Shown here: piece after piece, positions 8,340 through 16,640 of the stretch | Layout: the number at the start of each line of letters is the position of its first letter | Position numbering within the stretch: position 1 is the first letter of the stretch | Source of the DNA: Frankiales bacterium | GTDB lineage: Bacteria > Actinomycetota > Actinomycetes > Mycobacteriales > SCTD01 | DNA length: 52,376 nucleotides | Assembly: GCA_025966005.1 (NCBI GenBank) | Contig: JAOPVV010000173.1 | Location: 1-52,376, forward strand | Direction: 5' to 3' | The notes under the pieces: generated by a model | Seen by the model: only the letters and a program-made list of their open reading frames with translations | Databases searched by the model: none | Told to the model about the DNA's origin: nothing | Made by a program: the position numbers and the translations under genes

Positions 8340-9377
8340 CTACTCCGGCGGCGGGCAGTCCGAGCGCTCGACGTACAGGTGGCCGACCTCGCCGTCGAGC
8401 TCGAAGCGGGCCCAGTTGAGGGCGTAGCGACTGCCGAGCGAGCCGGTCGGGTCGATGCCGTAGTACTGCCGCGACCGCTTGAGCATTGACCAGATGCTGG
8501 TCGTGGTCTCGGCGTCGATCGTCAGATCCCCGAGGTCCGAGCGCAGGCCGAAGCGCAGCGCCTCACCGCTCTTCACCAGCTCGCCCAGCAGTGGCGCGTC
8601 GAGCACCTCGGCGTGGTGCATGACCCCGGCCTGGCTGACGTACGCGCCCTCGAGGCTGACGCCGCCGTCCGGGGTGTAGTACCGGCACAGCCCGATGCCC
8701 CGGTCGCTGCCGGGGAGGTAGGCGCCCATGATCACGTGTCCGCCCCAGGGCTTCCCGGTGTTCGCGCCCCGCGGGCCGCGGGAGTGGTCGCGCCAGCCGG
8801 TGCCGTCGAACTGCACCTCGCCGGTCGGCAGCGTCACGGTGCCCGTCACGGTGTACAGCTGCTCGTAGTGGTCGGACGCCCAGCTCTGCTCGCGCATGGT
8901 GCCCTTGGCGGTCCCGCTCGAGGCCGCCGTGTGCAGGTCCCAGACCGGGGTCCGGCAGGTGACCTCGAGATCGACGGCGAAGTGCTGCCGCATCCCGTCC
9001 TGCTCCATCGACGTCCGCATGTCCTCGTACGGCGTGACCCGCCCGACGGCCTCGGACCGGATGCGCCAGCGGCGAAACGGCTCGAGGCACTCGAAGAACA
9101 GGTTGCCGGCGCCGGGCCGCTGCTCGGGCGGCGTCGCCGTGTAGGAGCGGGACGTGAGGATGCCTGCGTCGCCCGGGAGGGAGATGAGCACCCGGTCCTC
9201 CCACAGGTGCCACAGGTTCGGCATGGTGCCGAGGTGCAGCCACATCCCGATGTCGTGCGTCGGGTCGTGCAGCGCGAACAGCAGGTTCTCGGCCCAGTGC
9301 TCGACGTCGGGCTTGGCGAGAAGCACCGACTCCTTCACGGGGTCGAGGCCGGAGGACAGGTCGAGGACGGCAGTCAC
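8340..9377 (-). CDS. Conserved hypothetical protein (possible AttH/CrtC-like beta-barrel fold)
   Basis: GTG 9377 is preceded by AGGAGA at 5-nt spacing. High GC3. The segment FDGTGWRDHSRGPRG resembles the G-x-G-x-RDHSWG motif I associate with CrtC/AttH-like hydratase-fold proteins. I recognise no other motif. Confidence 0.7.
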   Translation of the reverse strand: MTAVLDLSSGLDPVKESVLLAKPDVEHWAENLLFALHDPTHDIGMWLHLGTMPNLWHLWEDRVLISLPGDAGILTSRSYTATPPEQRPGAGNLFFECLEPFRRWRIRSEAVGRVTPYEDMRTSMEQDGMRQHFAVDLEVTCRTPVWDLHTAASSGTAKGTMREQSWASDHYEQLYTVTGTVTLPTGEVQFDGTGWRDHSRGPRGANTGKPWGGHVIMGAYLPGSDRGIGLCRYYTPDGGVSLEGAYVSQAGVMHHAEVLDAPLLGELVKSGEALRFGLRSDLGDLTIDAETTTSIWSMLKRSRQYYGIDPTGSLGSRYALNWARFELDGEVGHLYVERSDCPPPE

Positions 9378-9391
9378 GAAGTTCTCCTGAG

Positions 9392-9411
9392 ACAGTAGGC
9401 GTCTATTGTGT
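9392..9411. promoter_or_regulatory. ACAG-N12-GTGT operator-like element
   Basis: acagtaggcgtctattgtgt lies 15 nt upstream of the start at 9377. Member of the recurring element family described in the findings. Confidence 0.45.
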
Positions 9412-9510
9412 TCCGACCCTAGCGTGATGACAGGGAGCCGCGTGCTGCTGGCCGGCGCGGACGAGGCACCCGTGCGTGAGCGCTGGACGGGGACGGCGGC
9501 GCTGGAGGGC

Positions 9511-10128
9511 TCAGGCAGAGATGCGTGGCCGCGCGGTGGAGCGCGCACGGACCTGCTTCGGCGGGCGCGTCGTGGTCATGAAGCTGTCCCACATGTCGCT
9601 GATGCGCTCGTCGAGCCGCTCCGAGCCCGGGGTCGGGATGAGGAACGTCGAGGTGATCAGCCGCTGGAAGATCTCGGACAGCTGCTCAGGGGACAGCAGT
9701 CCGTCAACGACCGGGGGCGCGGTCTCGAAGATCGGCTCGAGGTACTCGGTCAGGGTCGTGACCAGGCGCGGCATCTCCCGGGAGAGGAAGGCCAGCGCCG
9801 AGCTCGGCTCGTGCTCGATCAGCCTGGTCATGTGCGGGAACTGCTGCGGGAAGCCGATCATCGCGTGCAGGACGACGCGCAGTCGGGCCTCGGGGCGAGG
9901 GTCGGCGGCGATGGCCTCGTCGAAGCTGGAGCGCATGGTGCTGGCGATGCGGCGGTTGACCGCGTCGAGCACGTCCTCGCGGTTGCTGAAGTAGCGGTAC
10001 AGCGTGCCGCGCGAGACCCGGGCCTCGCGGCAGATGTCGGTCATCGACACCCGACTCGTGCCGTGCCGGGCGAGCGCCCGCATGGCGCCTTCGACGATGA
10101 CGTCGGCGGTGTCGGGCGGTGGCTGCAC
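9511..10128 (-). CDS. TetR-family transcriptional regulator
   Basis: HTH segment RVSMTDICREARVSRGTLYRYFSNREDVL. The start is uncertain: GTG at 10128 or 10155, or the track start at 10236. Confidence 0.85.
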   Translation of the reverse strand: MQPPPDTADVIVEGAMRALARHGTSRVSMTDICREARVSRGTLYRYFSNREDVLDAVNRRIASTMRSSFDEAIAADPRPEARLRVVLHAMIGFPQQFPHMTRLIEHEPSSALAFLSREMPRLVTTLTEYLEPIFETAPPVVDGLLSPEQLSEIFQRLITSTFLIPTPGSERLDERISDMWDSFMTTTRPPKQVRARSTARPRISA

Positions 10129-10184
10129 CCGCCCACGGTACCCCAGGTGGCGCACGTCACGCGTGTTCTGCGCGCCCGCAGTCC

Positions 10185-10769
10185 CTACGCCGTCGCGGTC
10201 GCCTGCGGCGGTCCATGAGCGACGAGCGCCCCCCACATGTCGGCCAGCAGGTCGGGCACGCTGCCCGCGTCGCCGTCACGGATCACGTAGGCAGACAGGA
10301 CGACCCGCTCGAAGAGCTCGCACAGGTCGCCGATGGTGACCACCCCCGAGCGCACCGGTGCACTGTCGGCCAGCACCGGGGACAGGAAGCGCTCGAGGAT
10401 CACCCGGTAGCTCGCCATCGACCGACGGAAGAAGGCCAGCGAGAAGGCCGGCTCGGTCTGCACGAGCGCCATCGTGTAAGGCAGGCGGTCGGTGAAGGAC
10501 ATCATGGCCGTGAGGACGACCCGGAGCCGGTCCTCGAGCGCCGGCCGCTCGTCCACCGCCTCCTGGATGATCACTGCCATGGACTCGAGCACGTGCTGGC
10601 TCAGCGCCTCGAGCACGTCGTCCTTGCTCTTGAAGTACCGGTACAGCGTCCCCCGCGACACCCCCGCCTCGTCGCAGATGTCGCTCATCGAGAGCTTCTG
10701 GACCCCGCGGTGTCCGAGGGCGCGCGCGGCACCCTCGAGGATCGCTTCGACGGTGCTGACCGCGGACAC
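10185..10769 (-). CDS. TetR-family transcriptional regulator (tandem paralog)
   Basis: HTH segment KLSMSDICDEAGVSRGTLYRYFKSKDDVL. GTG start at 10769 has no obvious SD, so it may be leaderless or weakly initiated. Confidence 0.85.
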   Translation of the reverse strand: MSAVSTVEAILEGAARALGHRGVQKLSMSDICDEAGVSRGTLYRYFKSKDDVLEALSQHVLESMAVIIQEAVDERPALEDRLRVVLTAMMSFTDRLPYTMALVQTEPAFSLAFFRRSMASYRVILERFLSPVLADSAPVRSGVVTIGDLCELFERVVLSAYVIRDGDAGSVPDLLADMWGALVAHGPPQATATA

Positions 10770-10782
10770 GTTCTAGACACTA

Positions 10783-10802
10783 ACAGTCACATGCGTCTCA
10801 AG
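10783..10802. promoter_or_regulatory. Weak relative of the ACAG-N12 element next to the TetR start
   Basis: acagtcacatgcgtctcaag shares the GCGTCTCAA core with 33474..33493 but lacks the right-hand CTGT. A second ACAGT follows at 10803. Confidence 0.25.
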
Positions 10803-10865
10803 ACAGTCCCGGGGCCGCACTCGTCCTCGGGGTTCGCGGGGCTCCCGCTGGCGCACACTGCGCCC

Positions 10866-11102
10866 ATGGACTCGGCGACCATCACGACCTGCTCCGGAGT
10901 GCTGCGCATCGTCGTCGTGCGGCGAGGGCGGTCGTGGGTAGCCCGGCTCGCTCCGGAGCACGTCGAGCTGCTGGTCCCGCCGTGCGTCGGGCCCGACCGC
11001 GACGCGGCGGTCCGCAGCCTGACGTGGGCGGTCCGGAGCCTGAGCGACCTCGGGGCGGCGCCGGGCGCGTCCCGGCCGGGGTCGTGGGCCGGCTGCGGCT
11101 GA
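10866..11102 (+). CDS. Small hypothetical protein (78 aa), weakly supported
   Basis: ATG 10866 within track ORF 10119..11102. High GC3, but no clear RBS and no recognisable motif. Confidence 0.3.
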   Translation: MDSATITTCSGVLRIVVVRRGRSWVARLAPEHVELLVPPCVGPDRDAAVRSLTWAVRSLSDLGAAPGASRPGSWAGCG

Positions 11103-11114
11103 CGAGAGGTCGGG

Positions 11115-11351
11115 TCAGAGCTGCCAGTCGTCCATCAGGTCGCCCCACTTCTGCGGCGTGTGGGCAGGTTCGACGGTCGCTGGCGCCTCGGCCGCGCTCT
11201 GCGCCCCGAGGAGGGCCTGGGCCCTCGCCTGCCAGGCAGTGAGAAGTCCGCGGTGCTCGAGCCGGAAGGCCGCCCGCAGCTCCGCCGGGAGCGTCGCCTC
11301 GATGCGGTCGGCGCTCCACACCTCGTCGGGCCCTTGCCCTGCGTCCGCCAC
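11115..11351 (-). CDS. Small hypothetical protein (78 aa), weakly supported
   Basis: GTG 11351 is preceded by GGGAG. Acidic/helical sequence ending DLMDDWQL. No recognisable family. Confidence 0.35.
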   Translation of the reverse strand: MADAGQGPDEVWSADRIEATLPAELRAAFRLEHRGLLTAWQARAQALLGAQSAAEAPATVEPAHTPQKWGDLMDDWQL

Positions 11352-11415
11352 GTCGGCTCCCGCCCGGTCCTCGTCGACCCTCGCGTCCGGCGACCGACGT
11401 CGTTACGGTTCGGAC

Positions 11416-12435
11416 ATGGAGATGAGAAGACTAGGACGCACCGGCCTGCAGGTGTCCGCCATCAGCCTCGGGGCGATGAACGTCGGTGCCGGCGCCGACG
11501 AGGCGACGTCCGAGCAGATGCTCCTGACCGCCCTCGACGCCGGCATCAACCTCGTCGACACCGCGGACCTCTACCACCACGGCGAGAGCGAGCGCATCCT
11601 CGGCGAGGTGCTGGCCCGCAACGGGCGGCGCGACGAGGTGCTCATCGCGACCAAGTGCGGGATGCCGGTCGGGCCCGGGCCCAACGACCGGGGCGCCTCC
11701 CGCCGGCACGTCATCGCCTCGTGCGAGGCGTCACTGCGACGCCTCGGCACCGACCACATCGACCTGTACCAGCTGCACCGGCCGTTCTTCGACGTGGCCC
11801 CGGAGGAGACGCTGTCGGCCTTCGACCAGCTCGTGCGCGACGGCAAGGTGCGCGACATCGGCTCCTCGACGCACCCGGCCTGGTTCCTCATGGAGTGCCT
11901 GGCCGTCAGCGACAGGCACGGCTGGCCGCGCTACGTGACCGAGCAGTCGCCGTACAACGTGCTGGACCGCCGCGCCGAGAACGAGCTTGTGCCGCTGTGC
12001 CAGCGCTACGGCGTCGCGGTCATGCCGTGGTCCCCGGTGGCGGGCGGGATCCTCGCGGGGCGCTACACGTCCGTGCAGGACGTGCCGGCGGGTTCCCGGG
12101 CGGCCCGACTCCCGGCGCTGCGCGAACGACTGACCGGGCCGTCCCTGGCCGCCGCGACGCGCCTCGCCGAGCTGGCGGACCAGGCCGGGATGCACGCGCT
12201 GGAGCTGGCGCTGGTGTGGCTGCGGGACCAGCCCGGGGTGACCAGCCCGGTGATCGGGCCGCGGACCCCGGAGCAGCTGGCGCTGTACCTCGCCGCTGTC
12301 GAGCGACCGCCGCTGGAGCAGGCCCTGCTGGACGCGATCGACGAGGTCGTCCCGCCCGGCGGCCACGTCAGCGACTTCTACAACAGCAGCCGGTGGATGG
12401 GTGGCGTCGGCCGCAGCGACGCGCTGCAGCGCTGA
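11416..12435 (+). CDS. Aldo/keto reductase
   Basis: MEMRRLGRTGLQVSAISLGAMN, INLVDTADLYHHGESERILGE and HIDLYQLHRP are typical AKR motifs. The track ORF extension from 11158 was rejected. Confidence 0.9.
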   Translation: MEMRRLGRTGLQVSAISLGAMNVGAGADEATSEQMLLTALDAGINLVDTADLYHHGESERILGEVLARNGRRDEVLIATKCGMPVGPGPNDRGASRRHVIASCEASLRRLGTDHIDLYQLHRPFFDVAPEETLSAFDQLVRDGKVRDIGSSTHPAWFLMECLAVSDRHGWPRYVTEQSPYNVLDRRAENELVPLCQRYGVAVMPWSPVAGGILAGRYTSVQDVPAGSRAARLPALRERLTGPSLAAATRLAELADQAGMHALELALVWLRDQPGVTSPVIGPRTPEQLALYLAAVERPPLEQALLDAIDEVVPPGGHVSDFYNSSRWMGGVGRSDALQR

Positions 12436-12448
12436 CCCGACGCGACGA

Positions 12449-13216
12449 CTACGCCCGGCGGACCGCGCCGCCGTCGACCGAGATCGTCTGGCCCGTGACG
12501 AACGCGCTGGCGTCGCTGACCAGGTAGAGCAGCGCGCCGACCAGATGCGACATCTGACCGTCGACAGGCAGCAACTGGGCGGCGACCGCCCGGTCGCGGT
12601 TCGCCGGCAGGACGTGCGCGACGGCCGCGGGAGACGCGACGAACCCCGGCGCGATGCCGTTCACCCGGATGCCGTCGGGGGCGAGCTCGCGTGCCAGCAC
12701 GGCAGTGAGGCCGTTGAGCGCTGCCTTCGACACGCTGTAGGCGCCTGCCGCGGCGAGGTAGGCGGCTGACGAGGACTGGTTGACGACCACCCCGCCTCCG
12801 CGCGCGGCCATGCTGGCGCGGCACGCCGTGGCGCACACCAGCGGACCCACGACGTTGACGTCGAGGATCCGACGCCACCGGGCGGCCGGGAGGGCCACGC
12901 CCGCGCTCCACTCGCCGAGGTGCAGGGCCGCGTTGTTCACGAGCACGTCGACGCCCCCGAAGGTGGTCGTGGCCTGCGCGACCAGCGCCCGCACCGACTC
13001 CTCGTCCGTCACGTCGGCCGCCACCGCGAGCAGCCTCGACGCGTCCGAGGTCAGCCGGGCGGCAGCGGCGCGCACACCCGGCTCGTCGACGTCGGTCAGC
13101 ACCACACGGGCACCGCGAGCCAGCAGGGCCGCGGCGTAGACCTCGCCGATGCCGCCCGCGGCGCCGGTGACCACGGCGGTCCGGTCGTGCAGGTCCTGGG
13201 GGACGGTGCCGGTCAT
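12449..13216 (-). CDS. Short-chain dehydrogenase/reductase (SDR)
   Basis: TGAAGGIG cofactor motif, NNAA, YSVSKAAL catalytic motif. ATG 13216 is preceded by GGAG. Confidence 0.9.
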   Translation of the reverse strand: MTGTVPQDLHDRTAVVTGAAGGIGEVYAAALLARGARVVLTDVDEPGVRAAAARLTSDASRLLAVAADVTDEESVRALVAQATTTFGGVDVLVNNAALHLGEWSAGVALPAARWRRILDVNVVGPLVCATACRASMAARGGGVVVNQSSSAAYLAAAGAYSVSKAALNGLTAVLARELAPDGIRVNGIAPGFVASPAAVAHVLPANRDRAVAAQLLPVDGQMSHLVGALLYLVSDASAFVTGQTISVDGGAVRRA

Positions 13217-13252
13217 GCGTGCTCCTCGAGCGGGTGGGGCCGGCCGGCGCCG

Positions 13253-14470
13253 TCAGTTGACGGCGCCGGAGTCCTTGCGTGCGAGGATGTCGTCCCAGGA
13301 CAGCCCGAGCTCGAGCAGGATCTCCTCGGTGTGCTGCCCGTGCTCGGGTGCAGCGGCCGTCACGGGGGACTGCTCGTCGAACTGCGCCGGGTTGGTGGCG
13401 ACGGCCAGCGTGTGCCCGGACGACGTGGACAGGTCGCGCAGGAACCCGTTCGCCAGGACCTGCGGGTCCTCGTGCAGCTCGCGGGGCGTCTGCAGCGGCG
13501 ACCACACGCCCTCCAGGGTGGCGAGCCGGGTGCGCCACTGCGCCAGCGTGCGGGACGCGAAGACCTGCTTCAGCGCCTGGGTGCAGGCCCTGGAGCTCTC
13601 GCCGCGCAGCGCGTGGGTGGCGAAGCGCGGGTCGTCGAGCAGGTCGGGCCGGTCGAGATGCGCGCACAGGTCGGCCCAGTGCCGGTCGGACTGCAGCAGG
13701 GTCAGGTTCAGGTGCCGTCCGTCCTTCGTCCGGTACATGCCGACGGTCGGGTTGACCAGGTCCTCCGGGTCGTACCGGAACACGTCGTCACCGGCCAGCA
13801 CCGGCGCGGAGGCGACGTCGACCGACAGCTGCCACAGCGCCAGGTTGAGCAGGGCCACGTCGACGACGCTGGGCTGCCCCGTCCGCTCGCGCTGGTAGAG
13901 CGCTGCGGCGATGGCGCCCGCCAGCGTCGAGCCCCCCATGACGTCGCCGAAGGCCGAGCGCATCCGCACCGGGTGCTCGAGCTCGGGCGGGGAGACGGCG
14001 TAGCCGATGCCGCCCCGCGCCCAGTAGGTCGAGGAGTCGAAGCCCCCGCGCTCGGACTCCGGACCGCGAGGGCCGTGACCGCTCCCGCGGGCGTAGATCA
14101 GGCGCGGGTTCACCGCACGCAGGTCGTCGACGTCGATCCTCAGCCGCCGCCGGGCGTCCGGCAGGAAGTTGGTGACGAAGACGTCGGCGGACTCCACCAA
14201 CTGCAGCAGCAGCTCGCGGCCCTGCTCGTGGGCCAGGTCGATCCCGATGCTGCGCTTGCCGCGGTTCGGGACCTCCCACATGTAGTTCAGGCCCTGCGCG
14301 TTGTCCGGGAGGAAGCCGGAGTTGATGATCCCGCGCTGGGGGTCGCCGGTGACGGGGTGCTCGACCTTCACCACGTCCGCGCCCCACTCGGCCAGGACGG
14401 CTCCCGCCGCGGGGACGAACGTCCACATCGCCACCTCGACGACCCGGACGCCCTCGAGCACTCCAGTCAC
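13253..14470 (-). CDS. Family III CoA-transferase (CaiB/BaiF type)
   Basis: VRVVEVAMWTFVPAAGAVLAEWGADVVKVEHPVTGDPQR is a typical N-terminus. GTG 14470 overlaps the upstream stop (GTGA) and follows AGGAAC. Paralog of 48572..49789. Confidence 0.9.
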   Translation of the reverse strand: MTGVLEGVRVVEVAMWTFVPAAGAVLAEWGADVVKVEHPVTGDPQRGIINSGFLPDNAQGLNYMWEVPNRGKRSIGIDLAHEQGRELLLQLVESADVFVTNFLPDARRRLRIDVDDLRAVNPRLIYARGSGHGPRGPESERGGFDSSTYWARGGIGYAVSPPELEHPVRMRSAFGDVMGGSTLAGAIAAALYQRERTGQPSVVDVALLNLALWQLSVDVASAPVLAGDDVFRYDPEDLVNPTVGMYRTKDGRHLNLTLLQSDRHWADLCAHLDRPDLLDDPRFATHALRGESSRACTQALKQVFASRTLAQWRTRLATLEGVWSPLQTPRELHEDPQVLANGFLRDLSTSSGHTLAVATNPAQFDEQSPVTAAAPEHGQHTEEILLELGLSWDDILARKDSGAVN

Positions 14471-14961
14471 TGCTGTTCCTCTCGTGCAGAGCAAGGGCTG
14501 CCGTCCTGCTCGGCCAGCCAGGCGACGTGCCGCTCGGCGTGGCCCGCGTCGACGACGACCATGACGGCCGAGGCCGACGCGAGCAGGGCACCAGTGGAGG
14601 CCAGGCGCAGCTCTCCCGACACGGTCCGTCGCCGGCGCTCGCGCTCCACCAGCCACCCGGACAGCAGCAGCTCGCGCTCGACGGGTACCGGGGCCACGTA
14701 CCGGACCTGCAGGCTGCCGGTGACCGCGGACTCGCCCATCGCGCGGGGGAGCCGGCCGAGCACGTCGTCGAACACGCCGGCGGTCCAGCCGCCGTGCGCG
14801 ATCGCCGGCCCGGCGCGGTCGGACGCGGAGCAGACGACCCGGCACAGGACGGTGCCGGCAGCCGGGTCGGCGTCCCACGATCGGACACCCATCCGGCAGG
14901 AGCCGCGGTCGCGGCAGCCGCCGCACAGCTCACCCCCGGCGCCGGCTGCGCCCGCAGTCAC
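14467..14961 (-). CDS. Hotdog-fold (PaaI/4HBT-like) thioesterase
   Basis: AHGGWTAGVFDDVLG core and a size of about 160 aa. N-terminal Cys cluster ELCGGCRDRGSC. Both ends overlap their neighbours by 4 nt (GTGA). Confidence 0.7.
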   Translation of the reverse strand: MTAGAAGAGGELCGGCRDRGSCRMGVRSWDADPAAGTVLCRVVCSASDRAGPAIAHGGWTAGVFDDVLGRLPRAMGESAVTGSLQVRYVAPVPVERELLLSGWLVERERRRRTVSGELRLASTGALLASASAVMVVVDAGHAERHVAWLAEQDGSPCSAREEQQ

Positions 14962-15767
14962 GCGCCCGACGGCTCGAAGGCGCTGAGGTCGGCCGGCTTG
15001 CTCTGGTAGCGGGGCAGGTGCTGGCCGCCGTCGACGTGGATGGTCTCGCCGGTGATGTAGCGGGAGTCCTCGCTGGCGAGGAACAGCACGACGGGGGCGA
15101 TGTCCTCCTCCGGGTCACCGACGCGGCCCATCGGGTTCATCCCGCCGGCCATCTCCTCGAACCCGGGTATCTGCTGCTTGAGCTGCTCGAACACCTGCCC
15201 GGCGGCTGCAGGAGCCAGCGCGTTGACCAGGATGTTGTAGCGCGCCCACTCCGCGGCGGCGGAGCGGGTGAAGCCCTTCACCGCGTCCTTGCCGATGTTG
15301 TAGTCGGCGTGCAGCCAGGCGCCGGCCTCGGCGTCGATGGAGTAGTAGTTGATGATCCGGCCGCCGCCGGCGTCCCGCATGATCGGGAAGACCGCGTGCG
15401 AGAACCACCAGGTCGCCCACAGGGTCGCGTGCAGCACGTCGTCGAGCATGTCGTCCGTCTTCTGCTCGAGCAGGATGTTGGGGGACAGCCGGCTGGCGTT
15501 GTTGACCAGCACGTCGAGGCGCCCGAACTCCGAGACGGTGCGCTCGACGGCGCCGACCACCTGGTCCTTCTTCGTGACGTCCGTCGGGACGAACAGGCCG
15601 CGACCACCGAGCTCGGCGAGGGAGTCGGCCGTCGCCTGCCCGGCCTCGGCGTCGATCTCCGCCACGACGACCGTCGCGCCCTCCCGGGCGAATCGACGTG
15701 CCGTCCCCCGGCCGATGCCGTGACCTGCGCCGCTGATGAGCACGACCTTGCCGTCGAAGCGGCCCAT
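14958..15767 (-). CDS. Short-chain dehydrogenase/reductase (SDR)
   Basis: ISGAGHGIGRG, VNNA, and a C-terminus IHVDGGQHLPRYQSKPADL shared with paralog 29012..29797. Confidence 0.9.
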   Translation of the reverse strand: MGRFDGKVVLISGAGHGIGRGTARRFAREGATVVVAEIDAEAGQATADSLAELGGRGLFVPTDVTKKDQVVGAVERTVSEFGRLDVLVNNASRLSPNILLEQKTDDMLDDVLHATLWATWWFSHAVFPIMRDAGGGRIINYYSIDAEAGAWLHADYNIGKDAVKGFTRSAAAEWARYNILVNALAPAAAGQVFEQLKQQIPGFEEMAGGMNPMGRVGDPEEDIAPVVLFLASEDSRYITGETIHVDGGQHLPRYQSKPADLSAFEPSGA

Positions 15768-15796
15768 GACTCTCCTTGACTCGGACGTCCCCGTCG

Positions 15797-15816
15797 TCAG
15801 ATCGGACGGTTCTTGT
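15797..15816. promoter_or_regulatory. Degenerate ACAG-N12-CTGT-like element (reads ACAAGAACCGTCCGATCTGA on the minus strand)
   Basis: Lies 29 nt upstream of the SDR start at 15767. Shares the ACA-GA-CCGTCC core with 24031..24050 and with 21391..21410 (reverse strand). Confidence 0.35.
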
Positions 15817-15926
15817 CATTCTTGCTCAGTGAGGTGTCGTCTGTCGAGCAGACGCGCGAAGACGCGGGCGGGGACGACGACGGCCCGGCTCTCCCAGGGG
15901 GAGGGCCGGGCCGGAGGGGGCCAGGT

Positions 15927-16565
15927 CTAGCTGGCGCGACGCAGGGAGTCGCGGGGGGCGGTCGCGCGGGTGCGGCCGATGTCGCGCGGGGCCAGCAGCG
16001 ACGTCCACAGGCCCACGGCTCCGCCGCCGAGCCACTCGGAGCCCGGGGCGGAGATGACGTCCGCCGTCAGGGCGAGCCGCAGCAGCACCTCGGCGAGCTG
16101 GCGCTCCGACATCGCGCCCGTGTGCACGGCGGACGTCCGTGTCAGGGCCGGGTGCAGGTACGTGGTGAGCAGCTCGAGCAGCGCGTCGAACTCCCGGGTG
16201 AAGAAGTCCAGGACCAGGCGCGGCTGCGACTCGACCAGGTCGTCCAGGGCCGGGAAGCGCTGGCGGTGGCTCTGCAGGGCGCCGAGGACAGCCGGCACGC
16301 GGTCGGAGTCGTCCGGCAGCGCCTCGACGGCCTGCTCGAGCTCGGCCTCGAGGGTCTGCAGCATCCGCTCCTCGAGGGCGACCAGCACGTCGTCCCGGCT
16401 CGCGAAGTACCGGTAGAGCGTCCCGCGGGACACGTTGGCCTCGTCCCCGATGTCTGTCATGGACAGCTTGCGCAGTCCACGGCGGGCGAGGACGCGGAGC
16501 GAGGCGTCGACGATGCGGTCGGAGGTGCTGAGGTCATTGCTCATGCAAGAGACGCTAGCAACCAC
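15927..16565 (-). CDS. TetR-family transcriptional regulator
   Basis: KLSMTDIGDEANVSRGTLYRYFASRDDVL. GTG 16565 is preceded by GAGGGA. The alternative start is ATG 16544. Confidence 0.85.
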   Translation of the reverse strand: MVASVSCMSNDLSTSDRIVDASLRVLARRGLRKLSMTDIGDEANVSRGTLYRYFASRDDVLVALEERMLQTLEAELEQAVEALPDDSDRVPAVLGALQSHRQRFPALDDLVESQPRLVLDFFTREFDALLELLTTYLHPALTRTSAVHTGAMSERQLAEVLLRLALTADVISAPGSEWLGGGAVGLWTSLLAPRDIGRTRATAPRDSLRRAS

Positions 16566-16640
16566 ACGTGTCCCTCGCGTGACGCGCAGATGGCGTCCTT
16601 GGTCACACCCCGTCCACAGGCTGGGGAGCTGCGACAGCTC

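Noticed and set aside
12920-14986. Very long ORFs antisense or out of frame to recognised genes. Examples: 12920..14986 (+, 688 aa), 15813..17702 (+, 629 aa), 21362..23074 (-, 570 aa), 33457..35394 (-, 645 aa), 37733..40246 (-, 837 aa), 41095..43167 (-, 690 aa), 49683..51554 (-, 623 aa), 46300..47913 (-, 537 aa).
   Set aside because: Their Arg/Pro/Gly/Ala-dominated, low-complexity translations are typical of spurious open frames in high-GC DNA. Each lies opposite or out of frame to a gene with unmistakable family motifs. They lack plausible RBS/start contexts.
16545-16567. Operator-like word GCAAGAGACGCTAGCAACCACAC, sharing AGCAACC with the 19680 repeat.
   Set aside because: It lies inside the first codons of the TetR gene if the better-supported GTG 16565 start is used. 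It lacks both ACAG and CTGT ends, so the similarity is too weak.
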